A stretch of 43,365 nucleotides of DNA from a virus (Duplodnaviria; Heunggongvirae; Uroviricota; Caudoviricetes), in IMG/VR virus record IMGVR_UViG_3300042863_001217. One strand, 5' to 3'. Below the pieces are notes generated by a model. That model was not told the DNA's origin and made no database searches. It worked only from the letters and a program-made list of their open reading frames with translations. Below are positions 1 to 9,043 of the stretch, in pieces. Position 1 is the stretch's first letter. Each line of letters starts with the position of its first letter. Position numbers and translations under genes: made by a program.

Positions 1-157
1 TTTCAATTACTGGTACATTAGGTTGATCCAAAGAAATGTTAGTAGGATCAAAGAATATTTTCCAGTTTATTTTACCGTTGTCTTTAGAGGCCAGTGCACG
101 TCTCTTATCGATTAATGCCAAAGTTCCGTCTAAATCAAATATTACTGTTTTTTTCAT
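1..157 (-). CDS. HAD-superfamily phosphatase, polynucleotide 3'-phosphatase-like (partial, runs off the left edge)
   Basis: Manual translation from ATG at 157: MKKTVIFDLDGTLALIDKRRALASKDNGKINWKIFFDP..., with the HAD DxDGT motif in a PseT-phosphatase-like context. Confidence 0.7.
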   Translation of the reverse strand, partial: MKKTVIFDLDGTLALIDKRRALASKDNGKINWKIFFDPTNISLDQPNVPVIE

Positions 158-189
158 AATTATTATATTATCGTTTTTAAAATAGTTTA

Positions 190-594
190 TTAGTCCCATT
201 GTTTTTCATAAGTATACCAATGGTCACATTCGCCAGAATATGATAAAGCTGCCATAACCCATTCTTGTATATCTAAGTCAGACATATTCTCACAAATCGC
301 TAAGCAATTCATTTGAGCTAATAGAGTAATCTCAGGAGTTCTATCTATAAATCTAGACTCTGTAAATGATTCAATAGCCGAACTATGCATCTCACCTAAA
401 ATAACAGAAGCTACTCGCTCGTTATCTTCAACCCTACGACCAGACATCCATTGAGATCCAAAATCATATTGTTTAAATGTGTCACTTTGTTTGGTAGCAA
501 TTATTGCTTCTATTAATTTTTGTTTAAACCCCTCGGGGAAGAATTCTGGACTGTGACCACTATATCCAGAAACACTAACTTTTAACTTGTTCAT
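190..594 (-). CDS. hypothetical protein
   Basis: 134-aa ORF directly downstream of a class A promoter motif; no recognisable domain. Confidence 0.75.
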   Translation of the reverse strand: MNKLKVSVSGYSGHSPEFFPEGFKQKLIEAIIATKQSDTFKQYDFGSQWMSGRRVEDNERVASVILGEMHSSAIESFTESRFIDRTPEITLLAQMNCLAICENMSDLDIQEWVMAALSYSGECDHWYTYEKQWD

Positions 595-617
595 ATTGTT
601 TATCTTTTAATTACATA

Positions 618-675
618 GTAAATATACGACAAATAATTGACATAAAAAAATCCTGGCTAAAAAAGTTACGAACAA
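618..675 (-). promoter_or_regulatory. class A tripartite promoter motif (TTGTTCGTAACTTTT-N18-TGTCAA-N9-GTATATTTAC on the minus strand)
   Basis: Same three boxes with identical spacing at 6800-6857, 8421-8478 and 10958-11015, each just upstream of an ORF start. Confidence 0.75.
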
Positions 676-710
676 TTTCAATCAGGATTACCCAAATCGC
701 TTAAATAAGC

Positions 711-944
711 TTATCTAAACGATTTTCTTTTAATTCTGAGCGTAGATTCTACACTCTCTTCCACCTGCCTTAAATAGTTTAATTGAGCAGAGTCCTTACA
801 AGCCAAACTTGTACATAATCTTTTTAGATACTTAACATACTTCGTAGCAGCTATCATCTGATCTGATGTTTCACAAGACAAAATAATTCTGTTAGCTTTG
901 TCATGTGCAACTTTAATAATTTTTAAAGTTTCCATAGTGTCCAT
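711..944 (-). CDS. hypothetical protein
   Basis: 77-aa ORF packed tightly in the minus-strand operon. Confidence 0.7.
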   Translation of the reverse strand: MDTMETLKIIKVAHDKANRIILSCETSDQMIAATKYVKYLKRLCTSLACKDSAQLNYLRQVEESVESTLRIKRKSFR

Positions 945-946
945 AA

Positions 947-1399
947 TTAATTAACATTTAAATATTCCAATACTGAATCCCAATCAGGATATTTTTCTGT
1001 GGCAAATTGAATTAATTCACCTTTAAATTCACCGGCACCATTAGCAGTTCTGTCATCAATCAAATAATCACCGATCATTAAATTCTTATTGTGACTTACA
1101 ATCATGCGCTTATCAGCAGATGCACCTAAGTATTTCATAACCCATCGTTGTTTAGCTTCTGTAGAACCCATACTTTTCCAAGGTGCGCTAGTCAATAAAT
1201 ATACATCGAATACTTCGATCAATTTATTATAAGCTTCAATTGCACCAGGAATAGGCTCAGCTTCAAAAAACAATTGAGGATCCTCATCTAATAAATCACC
1301 AATTTCAGATATTGATTCCTTACCATATTTGGTTTCACATGCTTTGAAGATGTCCACAAGAACACCGTCCATGTCTAAGTACATTATCTTCTTTTGCAT
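947..1399 (-). CDS. 5'(3')-deoxyribonucleotidase (HAD, NT5C family)
   Basis: YLDMDGVLVD motif I, LTSAPW, GDYLIDDR and a C-terminal PDW, all typical of the family. Confidence 0.88.
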   Translation of the reverse strand: MQKKIMYLDMDGVLVDIFKACETKYGKESISEIGDLLDEDPQLFFEAEPIPGAIEAYNKLIEVFDVYLLTSAPWKSMGSTEAKQRWVMKYLGASADKRMIVSHNKNLMIGDYLIDDRTANGAGEFKGELIQFATEKYPDWDSVLEYLNVN

Positions 1400-1400
1400 A

Positions 1401-1625
1401 TTACTTAGTTGTTGTTTTCGAGTTAGACGTAGTGCTTTTAAATAAGATTGATGCTAGCACATTAATTCCTAACGCTTGAAAAAATCCAATAGGATTCACA
1501 GCATTAACCGCTGGTACTAAACAATAGTTCCATAATAATTGAGTAGGAAGAGCTAAAATTAAAGCTGCTAAAGCTACTAGAGCTAGGGCTCCAAATATTG
1601 TTCCTAGTTTTTCTGTTGTATTCAT
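1401..1625 (-). CDS. small membrane protein
   Basis: Two hydrophobic segments; follows a class A-like promoter. Confidence 0.7.
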   Translation of the reverse strand: MNTTEKLGTIFGALALVALAALILALPTQLLWNYCLVPAVNAVNPIGFFQALGINVLASILFKSTTSNSKTTTK

Positions 1626-1648
1626 ATAGTTTATCTTTTATTTATACA

Positions 1649-1673
1649 GCTAATATACCAATAATAATTGACA
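1649..1673 (-). promoter_or_regulatory. class A promoter, core only (TGTCAA-N9-GTATATTAGC, no upstream GTTCGTAAC box)
   Basis: Same two core boxes and spacing as the four full copies. Confidence 0.65.
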
Positions 1674-1692
1674 TAAAAAAATTATTTAGAGT

Positions 1693-1953
1693 TTATTTTT
1701 CTATTATTTGCGCTTTTTTTATCTTATATGCCTTTGCATATGACTTTATAAAGCCAACACCTATCCCAAGTTCTACTATTTCGTATTTATGGTCTATAAT
1801 TGGCTTAGTTGCTCTAAGATTATTTATAATATCCACATGGACATTTGTAACTATCATGTAATAGATTTTGCTGGTTTTTGTTTTTCTATAAACAGCAACA
1901 GTGGTAGGTTTTCCACTTTCTAACCAAGGTAATTTCAATTTTTCTACTTCCAT
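1693..1953 (-). CDS. hypothetical protein (likely start MEVEK at 1953)
   Basis: The ORF track start at 1995 overlaps the upstream gene heavily; the ATG at 1953 gives a short coupling overlap. Confidence 0.65.
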   Translation of the reverse strand: MEVEKLKLPWLESGKPTTVAVYRKTKTSKIYYMIVTNVHVDIINNLRATKPIIDHKYEIVELGIGVGFIKSYAKAYKIKKAQIIEK

Positions 1954-2288
1954 AATAATTGTATTAAAATGATAGCACAAGCAAGTCCTAAACAAACAAA
2001 TGTTTTGGCATTGATATTCTCGTTCATTATCATATATGTGAGTGTTGAGAATGCAATCATTCCAGTTGCAAAGCCAATAAATCTACCAGGCCAAAGTTCA
2101 CCGTTATAATATTTTGCCAGAAAATTGGTAGCATGTATAAATGTAAAACTAATAATTGTTCCACCAGTTATTGAAATTATCCAAGGATGGTTTTTAGCCC
2201 ATGTAGAAAAGAACTGACTATTAGTTTGAAACCAAACTAAAGATTGACCAATTAAAAATAATAAAATACCTGCTAATAAATTTCTCAA
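1944..2288 (-). CDS. multi-pass (about 4 TM) membrane protein
   Basis: Four hydrophobic stretches in 114 aa. Confidence 0.75.
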   Translation of the reverse strand: MRNLLAGILLFLIGQSLVWFQTNSQFFSTWAKNHPWIISITGGTIISFTFIHATNFLAKYYNGELWPGRFIGFATGMIAFSTLTYMIMNENINAKTFVCLGLACAIILIQLLWK

Positions 2289-2917
2289 AATAAAGTGCTT
2301 GTCTTGGTTAACATATGACTAATAAAGGAATATCTGTGGTGAGGTGTTACACCTTCACTTACAATAGCATCACGATGTTGCTTTGTACCATAACCTTTAT
2401 TTGATCCCCAACCATATGCTGGAAATTCAACGCTTAAGTCCTTCATAAGAAGGTCACGTTCTGTCTTAGCTAATATAGAAGCTGCTGCGATGCTGACATA
2501 AGTATTGTCACCACCGATGATGGTTTCAAATGGAACACCCTCGTATCCATGAAATTGATCTCCATCAACAAGAATAAAATCAAACTTATAATCTTTAGCA
2601 ACATTATCAAGGCATTGTTTCATACCGTTTAATGTAGCTTTAAGAATATTCGTGGATTCTATTTCCTCAACTGGAATATGGACAATTGACCATGCTAATG
2701 CATTTTCAAGTACCATTCTACGAGCATCTACTCGTTGAGGTTCGCTCAATAGTTTTGAGTCTTTAATAAGTTCGTGTTGAAAACCGAATGGCATAATACA
2801 TGCAGCTACGGTTACTGGTCCTGATAATGCACCTCGGCCCGCTTCGTCCAATCCAATCTCAATGATGTTTTGGTTTCCAGTATGACTATGCTTTAATAAA
2901 ATTTGATATTGATCCAT
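2285..2917 (-). CDS. rnhB: ribonuclease HII
   Basis: GLDEAGRGALSGPV, DSK, VDGD, IAAASILAK, GYGT and HRYSF motifs. Confidence 0.95.
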   Translation of the reverse strand: MDQYQILLKHSHTGNQNIIEIGLDEAGRGALSGPVTVAACIMPFGFQHELIKDSKLLSEPQRVDARRMVLENALAWSIVHIPVEEIESTNILKATLNGMKQCLDNVAKDYKFDFILVDGDQFHGYEGVPFETIIGGDNTYVSIAAASILAKTERDLLMKDLSVEFPAYGWGSNKGYGTKQHRDAIVSEGVTPHHRYSFISHMLTKTSTLF

Positions 2918-2931
2918 GTATATGTTTAGTA

Positions 2932-2958
2932 GTTATACATGGATCAATCAAATTGTTT
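2932..2958 (-). promoter_or_regulatory. class B promoter (AAAC-N17-TATAAC)
   Basis: One of six copies with an exact 17-bp spacer; lies upstream of the rnhB start. Confidence 0.65.
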
Positions 2959-3678
2959 CTAAAATTTAGATTCGTTCTTCGCTCTCCATTCATCGTAACG
3001 CTGTACAACGTCTTGTAAAATCTTAGCTCTAACTATATCGCTATTGCCGAACACGTGTACCCCAACGCCTTTAATGTCTTTCATGATGTCAATAAAACTA
3101 GGTAAACTTACTTGTTGTCTTGAGATGTCATGTTGACTAACGTCACCCGTAACTAACACTTTACTATCTTTACCCATACGAGTAACGAATAACATAAGTT
3201 GTTTAAATGTTGCATTTTGAGCTTCGTCTAAAACCATAAGTGCATCATCGTAAGTATCACCTCTCATGTATGCTAATGGTTCAAATCTAATTGTATTGCT
3301 ATCGAATAGATATTTGGCTTGTTGACCTCCTACTATTTTTGTAATATTCGAGATATATGAATTCATATATGGATCGATCTTCTCTTCTTTTGTACCTGGT
3401 AAAAATCCTAATTTCTCACCAGCTTCTTGTATCGGTTTGCAAAGAATAATTTCTTTGACTTTCTTTTCTTCTAATAATTTAAGTGCTACGTAACATGCTG
3501 TAAATGTTTTCGATGTTCCTGCTGGACCGTAGCAAAAGGTGATGTCGTTTTCTTCTATGTGTTTGACATATTTTTGTTGTGATTGTCTAAGGCTAACTTG
3601 TTTAAGACCTGTTGCGATTGTACCGCCTTTACTTTGTCTTGATTGTTCATTCTTTGATTGTCCACTACCTTTATTCAT
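2959..3678 (-). CDS. phoH: PhoH-family ATPase
   Basis: GPAGTSKT Walker A, LGFLPG, MRGDTY, DEAQN and TGDVSQHD. Confidence 0.95.
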   Translation of the reverse strand: MNKGSGQSKNEQSRQSKGGTIATGLKQVSLRQSQQKYVKHIEENDITFCYGPAGTSKTFTACYVALKLLEEKKVKEIILCKPIQEAGEKLGFLPGTKEEKIDPYMNSYISNITKIVGGQQAKYLFDSNTIRFEPLAYMRGDTYDDALMVLDEAQNATFKQLMLFVTRMGKDSKVLVTGDVSQHDISRQQVSLPSFIDIMKDIKGVGVHVFGNSDIVRAKILQDVVQRYDEWRAKNESKF

Positions 3679-3692
3679 ATAGTTATTTATTT

Positions 3693-3953
3693 TTAATCGC
3701 CTGCCATTATGACAAGTTCTTTAAGTTTCATCAACTTTGTACACTTCTCATACTCTTCTAAATCCTCAAAGTATTTGATCATTAAGTCGATAAATTTGCT
3801 GCGCTGTTTGATACCGTGAGGTATTTCTACGATACGGTCACTATCCTTGAATGCTATAAAACGATTTACAGTTTTTGTGAAATTTCTAGTGATTTGATAA
3901 TAACTAGCTCTCATTAAACTATCTTTATCCGAATTGGAAATAAAGCTTGCCAT
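3693..3953 (-). CDS. small protein with a C-terminal UVR-like (EEYEKC) helical motif
   Basis: LMIKYFEDLEEYEKCTKL, shared with four other ORFs in the window. Confidence 0.7.
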   Translation of the reverse strand: MASFISNSDKDSLMRASYYQITRNFTKTVNRFIAFKDSDRIVEIPHGIKQRSKFIDLMIKYFEDLEEYEKCTKLMKLKELVIMAGD

Positions 3954-4068
3954 CCTAGTGTGCTTTTTTTTATACGAGGAATATTTCCTCTGTGTATATA
4001 TTATTTAATTGTATACCCTAATCTGTATATTCAATACGTAAATATTAGGATATTTTAATAATATGTTA

Positions 4069-4251
4069 TTAAGAATTCTTTTTTGATTCTAGATACTTAG
4101 CCTTTTGTAGTTTTAGGCGATTCTTAACGGATGGTTTTGTAAAATCTTGCTGATCTCTGAGTTTTTTTAATTGTTTGGTTCTAATAACCTTTCCTTTATA
4201 TTGTTTTAGAGCCTGTTCTAAGTTACCTTTATTTACTTCAATTATCAGCAT
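4069..4251 (-). CDS. rpsU: 30S ribosomal protein S21 (phage-encoded)
   Basis: MLIIEV..NLEQALKQYKGKV...FTKPSVKNR matches the Bacteroidota-type bS21 pattern. Confidence 0.88.
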   Translation of the reverse strand: MLIIEVNKGNLEQALKQYKGKVIRTKQLKKLRDQQDFTKPSVKNRLKLQKAKYLESKKNS

Positions 4252-4511
4252 ATTTTGATTTGTTTTTTAATTTTGTTTATTTCAGCGCACTTTTCAAATT
4301 CTTCTTTGATTTCAAAGTGTTTTAACATTGCGCCTAATATAGTGCTCTTACGTTCATCTTCCATATCAGATGCAATAACGTACGTTGGATGATTAGTTAT
4401 AGCTTGATACAATGCGTTAAAAAACATATCGGCATCGTTAGCAACTATACCATCAATGACTTTAAACCAATTTGATTTATTGTTTTTACCACTAGAAAAA
4501 TAACTATTCAT
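4245..4511 (-). CDS. small protein with a C-terminal UVR-like motif
   Basis: AMLKHFEIKEEFEKCAEI. Confidence 0.7.
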   Translation of the reverse strand: MNSYFSSGKNNKSNWFKVIDGIVANDADMFFNALYQAITNHPTYVIASDMEDERKSTILGAMLKHFEIKEEFEKCAEINKIKKQIKIC

Positions 4512-5304
4512 ATTGAGCGTTCTTTACTTTCTCTATATATTCTATCTGCTCATCACTAAGTTCATAATATCTAGCATTTAATTTACATAAGAGCGCACCT
4601 TTATTCTCAGTGCCATATATAGGGTATCCACGATCTTTGATTCTTAGTGTTTTTCCTGGATAACTATTCTTTGGAATGTTAATGTATATCATACCTTCTG
4701 GTGTGTTTACACTCATTTTGGTTCCTAACATTATATCATACCATGGTAAATCTAATTCAATCCATATATCATCATTTTGTAAAATCCACTCAGTCCTATA
4801 CATCACGTGTATGTGTATAATCAAATCACCATTGGGCATTGTACTATTATATTGATGTGGTTGACCTTTACCAGGCACTCTTAATTTCATACCTGTTTTT
4901 AGACCAGGTTTGAAATCAACTTTAATTTCTTGACCATTTACTGCAAATTGTTTTGACGTACCATGATATGCTTCATCAAAACTTAGATGTAGATCTAATC
5001 TTAAATCGGTACCTTTTGTAGTTTGTTGAGAATTGAAAGCATTGCCAAACATTTGATCAAATATATCTGACATGTTGAATCGACCTTCAAATCCTGAAAA
5101 GTTTTGGAAATTAGAAGTACTGTCGTATTTCTTTCTTGAGGATTCATCACCTATTTTTTCATAAGCTTCAGCAATTTGCTTGAATCTGTCATCGCTGCCA
5201 CCATTTTTATCGGGATGATGTTCTTTGGCTAGTTTACGATATGCTTGTTTTATATCATCTTGAGAGGATGATTTGTCTACACCTAATATATTATACGGAT
5301 CCAT
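4504..5304 (-). CDS. dnaJ: DnaJ/CbpA-type co-chaperone (J domain plus C-terminal domain, no zinc finger)
   Basis: DPYNILGV..AYRKLAKEHHPDKN J domain, G/F-rich linker, GDL C-terminal domain. Confidence 0.9.
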   Translation of the reverse strand: MDPYNILGVDKSSSQDDIKQAYRKLAKEHHPDKNGGSDDRFKQIAEAYEKIGDESSRKKYDSTSNFQNFSGFEGRFNMSDIFDQMFGNAFNSQQTTKGTDLRLDLHLSFDEAYHGTSKQFAVNGQEIKVDFKPGLKTGMKLRVPGKGQPHQYNSTMPNGDLIIHIHVMYRTEWILQNDDIWIELDLPWYDIMLGTKMSVNTPEGMIYINIPKNSYPGKTLRIKDRGYPIYGTENKGALLCKLNARYYELSDEQIEYIEKVKNAQYE

Positions 5305-5482
5305 CAGATATATTTGCAGTATTAAGTTTACCTCTTAAGTCCACTTTAAGATTCTTTTCTTGTAATTTCTCAATCACAATCTTTCTCTTTTCTGCAACTT
5401 CTGCACTCTTATTAGATTTCTCTAAAGCGTCTGCGATTCTTTTCAACTGAGTTATTAACTCTTTTGCTATTTTATCTTCCAT
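5291..5482 (-). CDS. hypothetical coiled-coil protein
   Basis: 63-aa charged helical ORF (LKRIADALEK) overlapping both neighbours. Confidence 0.6.
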   Translation of the reverse strand: MEDKIAKELITQLKRIADALEKSNKSAEVAEKRKIVIEKLQEKNLKVDLRGKLNTANISDGSV

Positions 5483-5729
5483 ATTTATTCTTTACTAAGT
5501 CTGACTTACCATTTTGAAAATCTTGATAAGGCAATGAATTATCTTTTTGACCTTTATGTGGGCCATTAACCATTATAGTGTCTTTATACGGATTTGTTTC
5601 ACCTATCTTATTACGTAACCAATCATCTAAGCTTTGAATAGATCCTTGGAAATGTCTTATGCTAACTAAAAGAGGATCTTCGTTTTCAAGATCTGCTCTG
5701 TATTCTTCGTATAGTTTAATGTGTTTCAT
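5472..5729 (-). CDS. hypothetical protein with an N-terminal MKHIKLYEEY motif (putative head-packaged protein)
   Basis: The start at 5729 forms an ATGA overlap with the upstream small ORF. Confidence 0.65.
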   Translation of the reverse strand: MKHIKLYEEYRADLENEDPLLVSIRHFQGSIQSLDDWLRNKIGETNPYKDTIMVNGPHKGQKDNSLPYQDFQNGKSDLVKNKYGR

Positions 5730-5851
5730 TTTAATTCCATTTTTTGTATTACGGGTTCTATAGAACCGCATGTTCTACAAGTCCAATATTGTCCATTAGT
5801 TGATGCTGTACCAACCAATATCATTTCAGATTTACATGTGCATGTTTTCAT
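5726..5851 (-). CDS. small zinc-ribbon protein (41 aa, not in the ORF track)
   Basis: Manual translation MKTCTCKSEMILVGTASTNGQYWTCRTCGSIEPVIQKMELK: CxC..CxxC, GATATATA motif immediately upstream, ATGA coupling downstream. Confidence 0.6.
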   Translation of the reverse strand: MKTCTCKSEMILVGTASTNGQYWTCRTCGSIEPVIQKMELK

Positions 5852-5867
5852 ATATTATATATCACAC

Positions 5868-5897
5868 AAAAAAACCCGAAACATGGTTCCGGGTTTT
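5868..5897 (-). terminator. intrinsic terminator
   Basis: AAAACCCG/CGGGTTTT stem followed by a T-run on the minus strand, just after the 5921..6457 ORF. Confidence 0.65.
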
Positions 5898-5920
5898 GAT
5901 TAAATATTGGTGGTTATAGT

Positions 5921-6457
5921 TTATTTAAATACCTTTTCAACGTTCTCTTTTGAAAACTTTGCTTCTAATGCTTCAATAGCACCTTTTTTATCTTTAGAAC
6001 TCAATGCTTTAAATCTCTTCAATATCCTTTCATTGTTGTCAGTTGCGTTTCTGTATTGTCCGCCGTTATCAATATACTGAGCATAAAAATCATAAGAGAA
6101 TGCATACTTTAAAAACTTCTCAAGATCTGACATATATTTGTCTTCTAATGTCTTTGTTAAATCAGAAGAATTGATTTTCTTTTTATTGAAATAGAATTCC
6201 CAAGAATCAGTTGTCATTCTCCATTTTGAAACCATATACATGTGGATAACATCACCATCAGAAAGTGTTACTTGAAACTTAATACCTTTCTCTGTAGATT
6301 GGTCCTCGATATTCTTGATCCATTTCTCGTCTCTTGTTGGTAGAACTTTTAAGACTACAAATTTTGCATCTTCTAGTATTTCTTCAGGAGTACCCCATTT
6401 ACCCTTACTCATGTCAGTGTAAGTAGTATATTTTTCAAATGTCATTACTGGTTTCAT
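5921..6457 (-). CDS. hypothetical protein with an N-terminal MKPVMTFEKY motif
   Basis: 178-aa ORF; N-terminus resembles those of 5472..5729 and 12488..13441. Confidence 0.75.
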   Translation of the reverse strand: MKPVMTFEKYTTYTDMSKGKWGTPEEILEDAKFVVLKVLPTRDEKWIKNIEDQSTEKGIKFQVTLSDGDVIHMYMVSKWRMTTDSWEFYFNKKKINSSDLTKTLEDKYMSDLEKFLKYAFSYDFYAQYIDNGGQYRNATDNNERILKRFKALSSKDKKGAIEALEAKFSKENVEKVFK

Positions 6458-6472
6458 ATGTCTCGTTTTTTA

Positions 6473-6781
6473 TTATATATTCTGCTTTGTCTTTAAAGCT
6501 TCAACAATCTTATTCTTTGCTGATAGAATAACTGCACACTTTTCATACTCTTCAAGATCTTGAAAGTGTTCGATCATCATCCTAAAGGTTTCATTAAGAT
6601 CATTTAGTTCAGACTGTGGCAAATGTCTAAGATGCCATTCACTGATTCCGTTCTTGGCTATATTGTCATAGTTAGATTCAATGGCAATAAGCATCATACG
6701 TTCTTTGTAAGTTGCTAAATCACTTTCGAACTTACGTTGACTGTTTTCCATAAACTCGTCAAAATCAAAATCTTCTTCCAT
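6473..6781 (-). CDS. small protein with a C-terminal UVR-like motif
   Basis: MMIEHFQDLEEYEKCAVI. Confidence 0.75.
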   Translation of the reverse strand: MEEDFDFDEFMENSQRKFESDLATYKERMMLIAIESNYDNIAKNGISEWHLRHLPQSELNDLNETFRMMIEHFQDLEEYEKCAVILSAKNKIVEALKTKQNI

Positions 6782-6799
6782 GTTATATTTATTTATACA

Positions 6800-6857
6800 G
6801 CTAATATACTAATAATATTTGACATAAAAAAATCCTGGCTAAAAAAGTTACGAACAA
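6800..6857 (-). promoter_or_regulatory. class A tripartite promoter motif
   Basis: Full copy; the upstream box is flanked by an AATCCTGG/CCAGGATT inverted repeat. Confidence 0.75.
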
Positions 6858-6878
6858 TTTTCACCAGGATTAAATATA

Positions 6879-8015
6879 TTAATGAGAGTCTCCAATATTG
6901 TTTTTCTCTCCATAAATCAAGTAATCTGGGTTGATTACCTTTGCAACTTTTTGTCTTTCGCCAGTTACATGTTTGATAACAATACCTTCATGTGGTACTT
7001 TACTACCTTCAATAAAGTTATTGAAAACAAAACTATCTTGTACATCTTGGTTCCACAAACCTTCATAAAGAACTTCAGCATGTGGTAATTCTAAAACATC
7101 TTCAATGATATATTGAGTCATTTCAGGATCCATATATTTACCATCAATAGTTAAATCGAATCCTGCAAATCTAATATCTGTTAGACCATAGTCATAATTA
7201 GATTGAATTCCTGCACCGTAGATTTCTCCATAAAGTACAAATCCACCGCCAACTTCTTCGATATCTCTGGTCTTTACAGCTTCCCATAATTTCTGTTTGA
7301 TACCACATTCTTCAGCAACTGTACGCCAAACATCAGTTGAATAGAATCCTTGAGAATCACTTCCCTTTTCTACGTTATGAGAACCATATACATATTCATA
7401 TCCAATCCACTCATCAGCAAATCCAAAGAATTTCTTTAACTTATCAAAGAATGACAATTTGTTTTTGCGAACAATACCAAATCTTGCATTTGTACCATGT
7501 AATTTTCTAGTGATCTGTACGCCATCCTCTTCAGTAAACATGCCTATCACATTCTTTAAGTTTGGAAACTTATAGTAAACTGTAAAGTTAGGATTAGATT
7601 GGTATCTGATCTTTTTACCATTAGCTAATTGAATCTGTTTAACTGGCGGTTCAAATTTAGTAATACCTAAGATTTCCATCATATCATCACCGATCTTTAC
7701 GTTCTTTTCTAATGATTTAGGTGCAAGATATTTAAAAGGAATTAAAAGACATTCAGAATAAACACCGCGCAACTTTACAGTACGCACACGCTGTCCTTTG
7801 CGAAGGTACGATGTTACACTCATCAAATCTGAAAGTGCTTCAGGGATCACGGCATCTGTTGTGGCAACTACCACTTTAGCACCTACTTCATACTCACCTT
7901 TTTTAGTGATTGCATTCCAACCTCCAACTACTGCTAATTCAATATTATCAGCACCTTCGATTGCTTTAATTTCTGTGACTGTTGCTACATAGCAAACTGA
8001 GTTGTTATTTTCCAT
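6879..8015 (-). CDS. ATP-dependent RNA ligase, DRB0094 family
   Basis: N-terminal IEGADNIELAVVGGW module; nucleotidyltransferase motifs KLHG (I), YGEIYG (III), FAGFDL (IIIa), EGIVIK (IV) and KVINPDY (V). Confidence 0.9.
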   Translation of the reverse strand: MENNNSVCYVATVTEIKAIEGADNIELAVVGGWNAITKKGEYEVGAKVVVATTDAVIPEALSDLMSVTSYLRKGQRVRTVKLRGVYSECLLIPFKYLAPKSLEKNVKIGDDMMEILGITKFEPPVKQIQLANGKKIRYQSNPNFTVYYKFPNLKNVIGMFTEEDGVQITRKLHGTNARFGIVRKNKLSFFDKLKKFFGFADEWIGYEYVYGSHNVEKGSDSQGFYSTDVWRTVAEECGIKQKLWEAVKTRDIEEVGGGFVLYGEIYGAGIQSNYDYGLTDIRFAGFDLTIDGKYMDPEMTQYIIEDVLELPHAEVLYEGLWNQDVQDSFVFNNFIEGSKVPHEGIVIKHVTGERQKVAKVINPDYLIYGEKNNIGDSH

Positions 8016-8398
8016 TATATTAATTCATATTTAGTTAATGTATCTCTTCTCTCTTCTTTGTTAATTCCTATTAAATAGTTCTTAACGTTTTTGACAATTA
8101 GTTTACTATAGAAAGTACCAATATATGATAGTGTTACTTTTTTCTTTTCTGAAACTATATTTGTCATGTTAATCTTACCATTTTTAATCTCACTTATTGC
8201 CAATAGTATTTGATTTTTATAACCAGAATTACCATCAATAAGATTAATAACTCTTGTTGATAAAATCCCATTGACAACAATTCTAATCTGATGTGGTTTA
8301 TTACCTTTAAGATATGTGATTTGGTATTCATCATATCCAAGGTGATTAAATCCTTCATCTGTTTTTTCGTACTTGGCAACTTTAAAATTTGTTTCCAT
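8015..8398 (-). CDS. hypothetical protein
   Basis: 127-aa ORF after a class A promoter, coupled to the RNA ligase start. Confidence 0.75.
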   Translation of the reverse strand: METNFKVAKYEKTDEGFNHLGYDEYQITYLKGNKPHQIRIVVNGILSTRVINLIDGNSGYKNQILLAISEIKNGKINMTNIVSEKKKVTLSYIGTFYSKLIVKNVKNYLIGINKEERRDTLTKYELI

Positions 8399-8420
8399 TA
8401 TATCTTCTTTTAATTATAGA

Positions 8421-8478
8421 GCTAATATACTACTTATATTTGACATATAAAAATTTATTTGATAAAAGTTACGAACAA
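8421..8478 (-). promoter_or_regulatory. class A tripartite promoter motif
   Basis: Full copy with identical spacing. Confidence 0.75.
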
Positions 8479-8480
8479 TT

Positions 8481-8762
8481 TTACTTACCATAATATTGCC
8501 ATAGGACTGCATTACACTTTGCATGAACTGCAGCTTCTGTCATATTAGTTTTGTGACAGTGTTGAAGATGTATTGGATTTCTTAAAAAACCAGGTGGGAA
8601 TAATCTAAAATTGATCTTAGTATTTTCTATATCAATTCTAGGTGGTCCATCTAAAGATCTATCACAAACCGGGCAGATGTTATTCTGTTCTATTGCATAT
8701 TGTTCTCTAACTTCTTTTCGTTGCTTAGAACTTAATTTAGTATAATCAGTTGGCAATTCCAT
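8481..8762 (-). CDS. small His-Me finger, endonuclease VII-like Zn-binding protein
   Basis: QNNICPVCD...HLQHCH...VHAKCN pattern. Confidence 0.65.
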   Translation of the reverse strand: MELPTDYTKLSSKQRKEVREQYAIEQNNICPVCDRSLDGPPRIDIENTKINFRLFPPGFLRNPIHLQHCHKTNMTEAAVHAKCNAVLWQYYGK

Positions 8763-8775
8763 ATCTTAATATTTG

Positions 8776-8883
8776 TAGTCGGGACAGGATTCGAACCTGT
8801 AAGTTAATATCAAAGCTCCACGATATTAGCCATTGCTTTATAGGAACTTTCTAATGTGCGTTTACCAATTCCGCCACCCGACT
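8776..8883 (-). tRNA. non-canonical tRNA-like element (108 nt, no assignable anticodon)
   Basis: Acceptor AGTCGGG/CCCGACT, Leu-like D arm GCG-GAATTGGTAAA-CGC, T arm ACAGG-TTCGAAT-CCTGT, long variable stem AATATC/GATATT. The anticodon arm is a 4-bp stem with an 18-nt loop, and the 3' end reads ACAA rather than NCCA. Confidence 0.6.
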
Positions 8884-9043
8884 GTTTGCAATTATGGTTG
8901 ATTAGACCTCATGAAGTTTATTGCCCTCCAAGCTCAGTTTCCGTAACGGCGCTACTGAATTTCAAAACCCGCTCTTGCCTGCGCCCAAGAGTATGTCGAC
9001 ATGTTTTATAGATACATGTATCATCTGAGTAATCAACTCATTG

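Noticed and set aside
637-642. TTGACA on the plus strand in class A motifs, read as a sigma70 -35
   Set aside because: No -10 hexamer at 16-18 bp on that strand, and the adjacent downstream ORFs are all on the minus strand.
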